This document shows positions 39,011 through 51,956 of a DNA stretch of 64,000 bases, piece after piece (position 1 is the first letter of the stretch; each line of letters starts with the position of its first letter). The position numbers and the translations under genes were made by a program. Under the pieces are notes generated by a model. It saw only the letters and a program-made list of their open reading frames with translations. It did no database searches and was not told the origin of the DNA. This DNA comes from Octopus sinensis (taxonomy: Eukaryota), in the NCBI RefSeq assembly GCF_006345805.1, contig NC_043005.1:90210001-90274000 (forward strand). Reading direction: 5' to 3'.

Positions 39011-39149
39011 TGGGACGAAGACTGCTTCGCTCAACAAACAAACAAACAAGCAGCAGCAACAACAACAACAACAACTGATGATCAAGAGATTGATCATTAG
39101 TTTCTTCTGGGATTAAAGGAGGAGTATGCTTTCTCAATGCTATTACACT

Positions 39150-39550
39150 TTACTCTTTCATTCTTTTACTTGTTTCAGTCATTTGACTGCGGCCATGCTG
39201 GAGCACCACCTTTAGTCAAGCAAATCGACCCCAGGACTTATTCTATGTAGGCCTAGTACCAAATCTATTGGTCTCTTTTTCTGAACCGCTAAGTTACAGG
39301 GACGTAAACACACCACCATTGGTTGTCAAGCGATGTTGGGAGGAGGGGACAAACACAGACACACAAACACACACATATATACATATACATGACAGGCTTC
39401 TTTCAGTTTCCATCTACCAAATCCACTCACAAGGCTTTGATCAGCCTGAGGCTATAGTAGAAGACACTTGCCCAAGGTGTCACGCAGTGGGGTTGAACCC
39501 GGAACCATGTGGTTGGTAAGCAAGCTACTTACCACATAGCCGCTCCTGTG
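39150..39550 (-). mobile_element. SINE family A
   Basis: Full match to the other copies. Confidence 0.88.
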
Positions 39551-39584
39551 CCTATCCCTATTATTCCTTCTGTCCTCACCAAGA

Positions 39585-39900
39585 ACATGGCGAATGAGTC
39601 AGTTGAGGCGGAAAGTAGAAGACACCCTTTCCAAGTATGGTATACAACTCCAATCCCTCTTAAGAACATTTATGGATGACCTTACCATCTGGACAACATT
39701 GGTCCCAGGATGTAAGTGGATGCTGCAAGAATTTAGGAACTTTTCCGCTGGTTAAAGATGAGTTTTAAACCCACCAAGTCAGGGTTGATGATACTGAAGA
39801 AAAGGAAAATAGTAAAAAACTCTGTTGAACAACTAGTTGAGGGACTAGGGGTGCTCTTTAAAACTCTGAGAGGCCTTTACCATTGCTTACAAGTCCATCA
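39585..39900 (+). pseudogene. Non-LTR RT relic with FMDD motif (Hero/R2-group-like)
   Basis: LRTFMDDLTIWTTLVPGCKWMLQ followed, after a frameshift, by WLKMSFKPTKSGLMILKK. Confidence 0.65.
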
Positions 39901-40968
39901 AAGATCTTGCTATTTGGCTTGAAATCATCATCATCTTTTTCTGTCCATTTTCTATGCTGGCATAAGTCGAACAATTTGAGATGATACAATGGGTCTGAGG
40001 TCTACACCGTGCCCCAGTGTCTGCATTAACATGGTTTCTAAAACTGGATCCCTTTCCCAACATCAACCACCTTACAAAGAACTCTTGGGGGCCCTCTTTG
40101 TGGCACCAGCACTAGTGAGGTTGCCATACAGCTCATAAGACTAAGATCCCTTTCAATGAGTGAGGCTACAGTAGAAAGGGAAACAGCTTTATACTAGGAG
40201 ACGAGAGGGTAAAGTCTAAAAGAAGGAACTAGAACAGAGCAGATTTCTTGCTGAAGAGGAGCTACATGGCTACTCAAATTATAGAAAAGTGGGTGGGAGT
40301 ACCTGGGTGTGTTGGTGGAACAAGTGATAGAATAATCCTTTCTACTATAGGCACAAGGCCTGAAATTTGGGGGAGGGGTATAGTCGATTACATCAACCCC
40401 AGTGTGTAACTGGTACTTAGTTTATCGACCCCGAAAGGATGAAAGGCAAAGTCGACCTCGGCGGAATTTGAACTCAGGACGTAGCTGCAGACGAAAGGCT
40501 TCTAATCATTTTGCCCGGCGTACTAACGATTCTGCCAGCTAGGGAGAATGGGTGGGTAGAGGATGCAAGAGTATAGGGGGAAATGGGAGTGAGGGATGCT
40601 TAGGGAGAAGTGGTGATGAAGATTTCCAGTTAGTAAATCCAACGAACTGAAGAACAAAAAAAAAAAATTAAGACTTCATAAGAAAATTTTTTGGATAAAA
40701 CAAAAAAGTAACATGTGCTCTATATTTCTTATAAACGTTTATTTAATTTTGTAAATTAAAACAAAAAATCAATGGTTAACTAAACAGTAATGAATTATAT
40801 CTGTTTATTTTATTTAATTTTAAATTTCGGTATGATTTATAATTGGATATCCAGTGGAAATTTGAGAAGTTATATCAAAAGTTATCTAATTGTAGGAGAA
40901 AAAAGTAAAAAAGAAGCACTGCGTTAACCATCAATCAGATAGTTTAGTTAAAATTTATCGGTTACTTA

Positions 40969-41475
40969 CCGTAAATTCTCGAGTATAGTCCGCCCTTGAG
41001 TATAATACGCAGGGGATTTTGAGGGGGCTGTACCTCTGAAAAACCTAAACCTTGTGTATAATACGCACCCCTTCTCTAACTTGAGTCAAGGAGGTCTATA
41101 TAACATCCTTGGTTTGTAAAAATGTATACGGTAACGTCCTTTTTTATTTTATTATTGTACATATAACAAAATGCAAACGTGTAGCTTTTTTGTGCATTTT
41201 GTTTGCAGAAAATAACAGTAATAATGTTTAATAAATGTTGCTTACTGCAAGTTATGGATGATTCTTTTGACTTTATTGCTTTCAGGCTTAGCTTAAGGTA
41301 TTTTCGCGTCTGATATCTCAAAATGCATCGGAATAAACTTTACCGGAAAGCAAATAGAGACTCGGACATTGCTTAGAAAATAATTTTCATTTTTAACCTC
41401 GTATATAGTACGCACTAGGGATTTTGACCTTTAAATTTTGGGGAAAAAGTGCGGATTATACTCGAGGATTTACGG
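40969..41475. mobile_element. Tc1/pogo-type MITE
   Basis: TA|CCGTAAATTCTCGAGTATAGTCCGC ... GCGGATTATACTCGAGGATTTACGG; right TSD mutated to CA. Confidence 0.75.
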
Positions 41476-42573
41476 CATTTCATGAACCGATGAGGGACCC
41501 TCTATGCGACTGTTTAACATGCTAGAAAAAGCAGCCAAATCTCTGTGAAATCACAAACCGCAACTGTCTTAAATGACTGAAAAATGTTTTTAAAATACTA
41601 TATAACGGAAATGCGAACAGATTTCAATTTAAGTTCTGGAAAGTTTTGTAAACAAAATTTAGTGAAGCGAATTAGCTGCGCCGGACAGAATGTTTTGTGG
41701 TATTTGTTCCGACGGTCAATGCTTTGATTTCAATGCCGCCGAGGTCAATTTTGCTTTCATTCTTCCACTGAGGATGAAATAAAGAAAAAAAATCCAGAGA
41801 GGAAGATTAGCGGGAGAGTAAAAACGTCAGATCGGATTCAACGCGGTATCTGTTGCTGGCTCTTCAAGGGTTCTGAGTTCAAACCTTGCCTTGGCTTACT
41901 TAGGTGGTAGGCTTAATTCATCGCTCAGTTTCACCCTTCACCTTTCATAAGTTTGTCATGAACGTCCATCTTTGTTTTCAGACTTTGTCATACGTTCTGA
42001 GTAAGATAAAGCCTTCTTTTAAATAAGTACTAAGTTACTCTGGTGGTTTTAAAAAAATGGGAATGTGTATCGTACATGATGCATGGACGCCGGGGAAATA
42101 TGTCCTGCGTAGCACAGAGTAAGTATATTAGCGCGGGAACGAAATTTACTTAGAGGGTTCAAAGCCAGGTCCATTTTTTTTTTACAAACGAAGTAGATTT
42201 CTTCAATCTTAATATCAAAACAAACACAGGTATAATAATCCATTCTACAATAGGCATAAGGCCTGAAACTGAGGGGAGGGGGATAGTCGATTAGATCGAC
42301 CCAGTATTCAACTGGTACTTGATTTATCGACCGCCGAAAGGATGAAAGGCAAAGTGGAATAAACACAGGTTTAATAATAATGGTACGTCAATCAAGTCAG
42401 ATAAACCTAATAATGGAAAAGTAATGCTTCAAATCAGTCCAGAAATGTCTCTACAATCGTTCGTTTTGGCGATTAAGTTTTTCAGAAGGATGTTCAAAGC
42501 GTTTTCATGGCCTCACCACCCTGCAAAAAAAAAAAACCCATTAGGCGCAGGAGTGGCAAAAAAAAAAAAACAG

Positions 42574-42960
42574 TAGGCGCAGGAGTGGCTGTGTGGTAAG
42601 TAGCTTGCTTACCAACCACATGGCTCCGGTTTCAGTCCCACTGCGTGGCACCTTGGGCAAGTGTCTTCTACTATAGCCTCGGGCCAACCAAAGCCTTGTG
42701 AGTGGATTTGGTAGACGGAAACTGAAAGAAGCCCGTCGTATATATGTATATATATGTATGTGTGTGTGTGTCTATCCCCCCAATATCGCTTGACAACCGA
42801 TGCTGGTGTGTTTACGTCCCTGTAACTTAGCGGTTCGGAAAAAGAGACCGATAGAATAATTACTAGGCTTACAAAGAATAAGTCCTGGGGTCGATTTGCT
42901 CGACTAAAGGCGGTATTCCAGCACGGCCGCAGTCAAATGACTGAAACAGTAAAAGAGAGT
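42574..42960 (+). mobile_element. SINE family A, near-consensus
   Basis: Full head, middle and tail. Confidence 0.9.
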
Positions 42961-43419
42961 ATTAGAGTATTAGCGGGTGTGCGTTTGCATCTCCTGTTCC
43001 TGAGCCTCTGAGCATGGAAATGGTTGACATCACCTTCTGGTATCTTGGGTTCCTTTAGCGGAGTCGACTCTGTTATAAGCATTCGGGTCGGGACTTCGCT
43101 TCGAGGATACCTTTCTCCTTTCCTAACACTTAGTTTCGGGGACCCTGTAGAAACTCTAAAATAACTCTTTCAGCCATAGGCACTAGGCCCGAAATTTGGG
43201 GAAAGCGGAGGAGCTCAACTGGTATCTATTTCATCGATCTCAAAAGGGATTCAAGGCAGAGTCGATCTCGACGGAATTCGAATTCAGAACGTAAAAATGA
43301 ATGAAATTCCGCTTAGTAATGCTTGTCCACTGTGCTAACAATTTTGCCTGCTCGCCGCCTTAGAAATCAAAATAATAGGTGGGAGGAAGTTACTGTTGGA
43401 GTTATTAATCGACGGCCGA

Positions 43420-43660
43420 TACTCACTTCTCAAAGGGTTCAAGCCAGAAGGGAGTTACTATATGTACACGCGACCTGCTAGAAAATAACAGCCAAATATC
43501 CTACCAACTACATCCCACCGTCATAAAAAAAAAAGGATATGATATGGATAATATTGTCCTATATTCCTTGCACATAAGAAAAAGACAGGATGGCTCTGGC
43601 TTGAATGCCTTTGGTCAAAGGTCTGTTCGATTAGTGGCGGCCTGAGGCTAAACAACACCA
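43420..43660 (+). repeat. Dispersed repeat family C
   Basis: GACCTGCTAGAAATAGCAGCCAAAT..GACAGGATGG..GGCTAAACAAC; copies near 34380-34740, 47100-47290, 48300-48480, 51100-51310 and 54400-54600. Confidence 0.65.
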
Positions 43661-43894
43661 GCAGTAAGTCAATGGATTCTGTACGGAGTACAAAGGATTG
43701 GCAGCGATAATTAGATGTAGAGAGAAAGGGGAAGGCGTTGAATCAGTCGGCAGACGGCGTGAAAGACTTGTTAATAGATTCAGAAATGTGTCATCAACGA
43801 GTGTGTGTGTGTGTGTGTGTGTGGGGGGGACATAATCTCTGAATGAAATCGGCGATTGTCAAATCGTTTAATAAGTGATATATTGCGTGCGTGC

Positions 43895-44330
<436 letters not shown>

Positions 44331-44638
44331 TCTCTCTCTCTTTGTTCATCCATCCATCCGTCCAGCCCAGCCCAACGTATCCAAAAGCGAAACTCGTACC
44401 ATTTATGGAATGAAGTTCCATAAATGCCTAAATGCATCCCAATTGGATAATTTATATACAAGTACTACTTTCATATCTTCGCAAATTTACGCCTGTAAAC
44501 TCCCAGCAAAGTATGAAGAATCAACATTAGAAATCTCTTTTGGAAACCTCCAATTAAAGGACGAATCTATATTCAACTCTTACACACCTATACATACACA
44601 CACACATACTCACAGATATATATATATATATATATATA

Positions 44639-44702
<64 letters not shown>

Positions 44703-46338
44703 GTGTATACACATGTCATACACACACACACACACACACACACACATGAAATTGTCTGGAGTGAGGAGTGTCCAGCACTTTAGACTGATTCCTTCCATGG
44801 TGTTAAAATAGAAGGTAAACAACAGAAAGGATGTAAAACTTTCCTGTCTTTCCTCCGTTCTCATATCATCTTAAGCATATTAATCAAGACGAAGGACTTT
44901 ATCCGAAACGTCGGATACTCCACGCCCCACACCAATTCCACAGTACTCTTTCTGTCGCTTTTTCCAAACACGAGTTTTGTCGTCGCAGACCACTGCCAGT
45001 CGCCTGGATTGTTTTATTTTGTATGTGTGTATGTATGCATGCATGCTTGAATGTATGTATATGTATGTGTGTCTGAATGTATGGATGGATGGGACGGATG
45101 AATGGATGGCGGTAGCTAACCAACCGACCAACCGACCAACCAGTCTATCATTAAAACATGTGAATGGGCTGGAATAATAGTAAATAAATAAGAATAAAAT
45201 CTGCTACTGCTGTAGTATGTAATGTTGTTTTACTACCGCCTCTCACCCCCATCATCTCTAATTCTTGCTCTTCCTGGCATGACCGCTAAAGTGCTAAAAT
45301 CGTCCCGACCGTCGCCCGTTTCTATGTGTTTTAAAGCTCCACTGTTTTCTTGTTAACTGCAGCCTGTTGACTGTGACAATTAAGTCAGTTAGTTATTTAA
45401 GAGTGGAAAATTAATCATCCTGTCCTGGAGCCTTCCGTATGTAAGAGCTGAGAAAATAAATAGATGAATTGACTAACATTATAGTGGTTTTTTATTATTA
45501 TTAGACAAAGACAAAGAGACGGCGAGAGGGATAAAAATGTGAGAGAAAAAGAGAAGTGAGAATGAATGAGGATTATTCGGAGTGGACGAAAGTGAGTAAG
45601 TAGGTGAAGAGGAATACACAAACACATTAAATGAAAGACAGGCCTATCTGTGTACATACAGCAAAACACATACATATGCTTGTGATGAAGCGACCAGTAC
45701 ACTTAACAAGGACGTACACTTAGGAGCGATTGAGTGAGAAGGGCGCATAATAGATAAGCACATTCTAGCGTTACGGTCACATACACACACACACAAATAT
45801 ACGCATTTATACACACACTCTTTTATATATATATATATACACGCACTTATAGGACGGGCTGAATGAAAAAGAAAAGCAGTAGGTGATATAGGAGTGACAG
45901 AGAGCGAGAGAGAACGAGAGAGAAAGAGTAACATACTAAAAAAGAAAAAAGAGAAAGAAACATTGCAACAGTAGATAGAGAGAAACGTATTAGAACAGGA
46001 CGACGAGAGGGAGAGAGAGAGATAGAGAGTATTAGAACAGAAAGAAAGAGGAAATAGAGGGAGGGAGAAAAAGAAAAAGGAAGAGACAGGGGAGGAAGAG
46101 AAAGAGAGAGAGTGAGAGAGATTCTGAGATTTTGAACAGTCGTTGTTTTCAGATTGAGTCAGGCTGACGGAAAGTTATTTGTGATCTTCATTTTTGTTTC
46201 TGACCCTACTAATTCATTTTAAATCTTTAAATATTTGCTACTACGAAACGGATCGCTAAACAATACAATCACTTCCTTATAATTATATTATTCAACTATA
46301 TATATTTATAAACAAGATCACACACACACACGTATAAT

Positions 46339-46547
46339 ATGATCATTTTAAACAGGTTCTCTTATTTAAGTCCTAAAAAAACATATTACCAATTCATGTG
46401 TTGGTTAACTATCTTACTGTTATATTTATTTTATCCGCTTTCTGCATTTAATATCGATACAAAACATGCTCGGGTTTACAGCGGCAAGACTGAGACTTAC
46501 TTTGGATACTCGGTGGGTCTGGCTCACCTTACATCGGCCACTAATAA
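46339..46547 (+). CDS. Integrin alpha subunit, first coding exon (paralogue not determinable)
   Basis: Hydrophobic signal WLTILLLYLFYPLSA, then FNIDTKHARVYSGKTETYFGYSVGL (integrin alpha FN(L/I)D N-terminus and first FG-GAP FGYSV); phase-2 donor AA|GTAAGT at 46548. Start is ATG 46339 or 46396. Confidence 0.88.
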
Positions 46548-46832
46548 GTAAGTATCAATAAATATGTTCATCCCTCTGTGCCTGTGTATAATATCTATCC
46601 ATGTATCCATCCATTCATCTCTCTGTCTGTCTCTCCTATCACACACACACACACACACGAAATAAACAATGCTTTCTGTTGTTATTCATATTAATTTTTA
46701 ATCTATATTTAATGTACGGCGGTTTAATAAGCTTTCATCTCCTTGGTATTTTGACAAATATACCTACCTATACACACACACACGCATACATATACAACCA
46801 CATCTCTGTCTGTCTGTCTCTCTGTCTGTCTC

Positions 46833-46901
<69 letters not shown>

Positions 46902-47436
46902 ATATATATATATATTATATATATATATATATATATATCGATCGATGTATGTTTTTGTATCAGCCTCTTAAAATATATTTTGTATTTATTCTTCATTCCT
47001 TCGCAACCAAACTCCAAGCCGGTCACTGCAACTGACAGGAATGATTCTCTTGTTTTTAATTTAGACATGCCAAGCAGCTGTCTTTGTGTGTGTGTGTGCG
47101 TATTTTTTTTTTTTAGCCCTGGTCAACCTTGATTGAGAAAACTTATGATCAAAGACATTATAGCTGTGATCACCCTGTTTTAGTTTAGGTCATTGTAGTT
47201 AGACTATAACATCTACTGTGTCCTTTTAAGATAGCATGATGTAAATTGAAGATTTAGCTGTTATTTCTAGCAGGCCGAGCGACTACATGCCTCCTTCCTC
47301 GATTGTTTATGTGGGTGTGTGTACATCTGATGTATTTACATATATATGTATTGGAGAGGCAAGTTTTTAAAAATATTAATAAAAATTGATATATTAAATA
47401 CATACACACATGTATGTGTATGCTCGCGCGTGTAGG

Positions 47437-47485
<49 letters not shown>

Positions 47486-47580
47486 ATATCTATCTATTTA
47501 TCTGTCTATCTGTCTATCTATCTATCTATCTATTTCAATGTATACACACACACACATGTGCTTATATTGTAGAACTTTGG

Positions 47581-47790
47581 AAGGCGGCGAGCTGGCAGAA
47601 TTATTAGTACGTCGGAGAAAATATTTAGTGGTGTTTCTTCACGTTCCGAGTTCAAATTCCGCCGAGGGCGAACTTTACCATTCCTATTTACGGAGTCTAT
47701 AAAATAAGTACTAGTTGAATACTTGGGGGTCGATGTAATCGGCTGCCCACTGCTCTCAAAATTGCTGACCCTGTGCCAAAACTAGAAAGA
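47581..47790 (+). mobile_element. SINE family B (diverged)
   Basis: AAGGCGGCGAGCTGGCAGAA head and core. Confidence 0.75.
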
Positions 47791-48795
47791 ATTATAGAAC
47801 TTTGGAAGCGTGGGGCGTTTCACCACAGAACGTAGAGAAATGAGACTAAATATTCCATTGTGTCTTTCCTGCCGAAATCATCTTTACCTTTCTTCTTGCC
47901 GGAGCCGATAAAATAAAAAAAGTAGCGAGTCTCATAGTTTGGTCTTCGTCATATTCTTCGGAATGGGGCTCAAACGAAACAGGGAATGCGACTGTATTTA
48001 ATTTTTATTTTATCAGGTACCTGTGATATAGCTTTCTTATTTTCTGTAAACACACTCCAGCGGTTTAAGTGGTGTGAATCGACTTTAATCGAATATCAAA
48101 ACCACTTTGCTGAATGACGATCTTTGAACATAACTCATACTATAAATAGAGACTTTAAGTTGGCATTGAATCTGTTACAAACCACCAGCCTTGGATAATA
48201 TAGTTTTTGTTGCACTGTTTAGAGGGAAACGGGATGGGACAATCATTTCCGTAATATTTTTGACTAAATGTTTGCTCGGCCAGCCCCGAAGAGAGATAAA
48301 ATACCAACAGTTCTGCTCTTAGAAATAGCAGCCAAATCTCCCTCAAATTAAACTCCTATTGTTTTTAAAAAGGACATCATTCATATTTCAATTTATTTGT
48401 TCTAAACTTAACTGAAATGTTTTTGATCATAGGTCTGCCTTTTCGATCAAGACCAACTTTGAGGTGGGGTTAATTAACAATAGGTCCTACTTTATACAAT
48501 TTTCGAAAATTAAGTATGAGATCGTGTAACGTTCATGGTTTTGCTTTTTCGGAACACGAGAAATTTGAATTGAAATGAAAAAGTTTTAATCAAGAGCTGT
48601 CGCTGACTTGAATGAATTCATTCCTCTCTTTTAAAAAAACGTGTTGGTTGTTAAAAACGGGAGAGCAATGTGTTCTGTGTACTGTTTGGAATTCGGGTTT
48701 GGTTCAAATTACGCAGTTTTAGGCCTTGGAATCGTAATGATACATTACAAGATCTACAATTGAATATTATTGATCCCACTTCTAGGACTAAGCTG

Positions 48796-48833
<38 letters not shown>

Positions 48834-50053
48834 ACAGCATTCAGAGTAAAAGCCACTCGACCACCGACTGACATAACATCACAGATACACACCAGCATTC
48901 TGGTCCACAAGCGTGCAGTATCATCCATCTGCCTTTTACGCCACTACTATATTAGCCTCTGTTCTTCCCATCACTGGTGTTGTGTTCTCAGCCTGCATTA
49001 AACATTTGCCCCAGTCTTTGCACAACAGAACCTAGATTCTTTGGAATCTTTTTTCTGTTCATGCTTCTCCTGCAAGTATTGACATGCACCAGTTTAAGCG
49101 GGATATTATCGACATGAATCAATCAAAAGTTTCGGTGGAGATGCAAAGGCCATGGACATGAGCTCTTCTTCAAACCTAGCAGGTTAATAAAAAGTAATCT
49201 TTTATGAACATGTTCTTAGAGGAATCGTTGGTCATTTGAAGAAGAAAAAAGTCGCTTTAAAAAATTTTTTTTTAACCAGAACTACTGCAGACGATTTGAT
49301 ATTCCCCCAAATATTTGGGGCTTTATACCTATGGCAGAAATTATTATTATTGTTGTTATTACCATACAGGAAGGTGATGTTATTGCAGAATCAGTGAAGT
49401 GTTGGATTAAAAAATCTTTTAAGGTTTAATTCTTTCTTTACGATCTGAGTTCAAAACCCCTCTCTGGATGACAACCATCGAGTGGCAATAAATTAACCAT
49501 TAGTCAAGATCACAAATTGTTTGTTACTTTGGGCTAACGCAAGAAATCATTATTTATTAAACAAAAGGGTCTGGTGAACACCGCTGATTAGAACGTGTAC
49601 ACCTAGCGAGCCGGTTTCAATTTTCGCACGAAACCAGTCCATAATTTCGTTCAGGCCATGAGTACCCCTAAGACGGATGTGGACATCTTAGCTTCATTTA
49701 ATCGCTCATAATTTTTAAAAATTTTTATCAGAAATCGTTAGTTGTTTAATCCATGTCGAAACAAGTTCCGATTCCGGGTTGTAAGACCTTCTACCTCGCT
49801 TATCGCTGGGGCTCCTGAAAAAAAGTAAGAAAAGAAAAAAGAAACTAGTACATCATATAGTTTCATTTACTCTTCTCTATGCAATCTGGTGAGATACATG
49901 ACTAATCTTTGTGCAGTTAGGGATGAATTGTCGTTAAACAACATCTGGTTGTTAGTTATGCTTATTTCGGTAATTCCCAACCTGTATAGTTCTTAGAATA
50001 GTAAAGTGTTTAGCACGTAACAAGGTATTCAACCCACTGACGCTTTACAATAT

Positions 50054-50298
50054 ATAATATATCTTATTTCTTTATTGCCCACAAGGGGCTAAACATAGAG
50101 GGGATAAACAAGGACAGACAAATGGATTAAGTCGATCACATCGACCCCAGTGCGTAACTGGTTCTTTATTTATCGACCCCGAAAGGATAAAAGGCAAAGT
50201 CGACTTCGGCGGAATTTGAACTCAGAACGTAACGGCAAACGAAATATCGATAAACATTTCGCCCGGCGCGCTAACGTTTCTGCCAGCTCGCCGCCTTG
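50054..50298 (-). mobile_element. Full-length SINE family B with 16-bp TSD
   Basis: TGACGCTTTACAATAT at 50038-50053 and 50299-50314. Confidence 0.9.
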
Positions 50299-51509
50299 TG
50301 ACGCTTTACAATATGTAATAGAAATTATATTAAATTAAAATATATACTTTATTTGCACTAAATACTTCATTCGTTTAAAAAATTCAACTAGCGAAACATT
50401 TGGCCACCAGTAACGAATCATTATAACACATACGCTACATACGTACGTACGTGTGAATTCATGCATACATACATACATACATACGCTGGCGTGCGCGCAC
50501 ACACACACACACACATGCATACGTACGTACGTACGTGTGAATTTATTGGCGCGCACACACACACACACATGTACGTACGCACGCACGCACGTCCGTATGG
50601 TAATTCATTCTTTGTGGCGAATAAGAATTAACTTAATCAGTGAATTCAAAACGGAATGTCAGCTTTATGCTTCATTCTTATAAACTTCACAGTATATTAA
50701 AGATAAACAATTATAACTATAATGTTCTCTTATCTGATTTAAAACATGGAGAAGTCTCTGTCCCCCGTCTTCTTTTTCCGTTAAAGATATTTATTCGATG
50801 AAGACTTCAGAAGGGAATGGTGAGACATATCGAATTTCATAGCTTGTAATTGTATAGCCTCACAGACACTCCATATAAACCTTATTGTGTCTTTGTAGAG
50901 AGAGGAGTGTATAGGGAGGGATTTGTGCACGTGTGTATGTGTGTCAGGGTATTTGTCTGGCATTTCGTGTTTTAGTGTCTTAAGTTCGTGTACGCACACA
51001 TACACAAACACACACTCTCAAGCATACATAATTTAGTACACACACAGACACATACACAAATGTTTGGGAGTCGTGATAGTATGAACTTGAACGATTTTTG
51101 TGATCACTTTTTTCCATGTTTAACCCCAGGTTAGCTCTCACTGGACCGGCATATAATCAAAGGCATTCTAACTCTCTTTATTATATTTTTTTAAAGAAAG
51201 ATGCCTTAGACTACATCATCCAGTTCCGCTTTCCCTTTCTTAAAACAGCAGTGTGACACCGAGGGAAACTTGGTTGCTGTGTCTAGCAAGTTGGGCGACC
51301 ATGTAGAAGCTCTGTATTATTATCCATCTTCTGGCTTTGAGATTTAATCCTTTCAATTTATTTTCTAAGTTTCATTTATTGCAAGTGACATTAGCTAACC
51401 CTTAACAGTCCCTTAACTCCTGGTGTTAGACTTGAAAAAAAAAAAAAACGGGGAAAGGATTTAGCTGCGGTTGCAAGGAATGTATTGCAGTTCAATATGT
51501 GGCCGCGTG

Positions 51510-51690
51510 TGTATCGTTGGCGATTTTCTTTCTCCGTCTTCCCTTCCTTGGACCTTTCCTTTTTCTATGTTTCTGACGAAGAGCTCCGCTCGAAACGTTA
51601 AATCCTCCATTCTTTCCTTTCCTGAGCGTCCAATAACACTATACTTGTTCCACGTCCTCGCGTTGTTGTTCGTGTTTGGAGTAATTATAT
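51510..51690 (+). mobile_element. ~190-bp solo Penelope-type terminal repeat
   Basis: Homologous to 11643-11832; ends in (TA)n. Confidence 0.7.
51569..51603 (+). ncRNA. Minimal type I hammerhead ribozyme (intact core)
   Basis: GTTT CTGACGA a GAGC-TCC-GCTC GAAA CGT T AAAT. Confidence 0.75.
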
Positions 51691-51921
51691 ATATATATAT
51701 ATATCAAAAGGATGTGTTATAATACTTTTCCACATATATAAAAACAGCCATACCAACAATCCAACATACTTCCATCATCAGCTGCCCCACGGATATCATT
51801 ATGGTTTCGACACTGGGCAGTACTATTCAATCCGGCAGTGTCAACAGCACTAAAATAAGTGTTGTTTGGGATATATATATTTATATATGGTCACTGCCAA
51901 ATGACTGAAACAAGTAAAAGA

Positions 51922-51956
<35 letters not shown>

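Noticed and set aside
40960-40972. Consensus minus-strand donor ACG|GTAAGT
   Set aside because: Created by the MITE end plus the TA flank; no exon evidence.
44886-44914. Hammerhead-like GACGA a GGA..TCC GAAA CGT C
   Set aside because: Core C3/U4 and stem I are lost; counted only as a decayed candidate.
46155-46161. AP-1 motif TGAGTCA upstream of the integrin ATG
   Set aside because: A single 7-mer is expected by chance in 64 kb; no supporting evidence.
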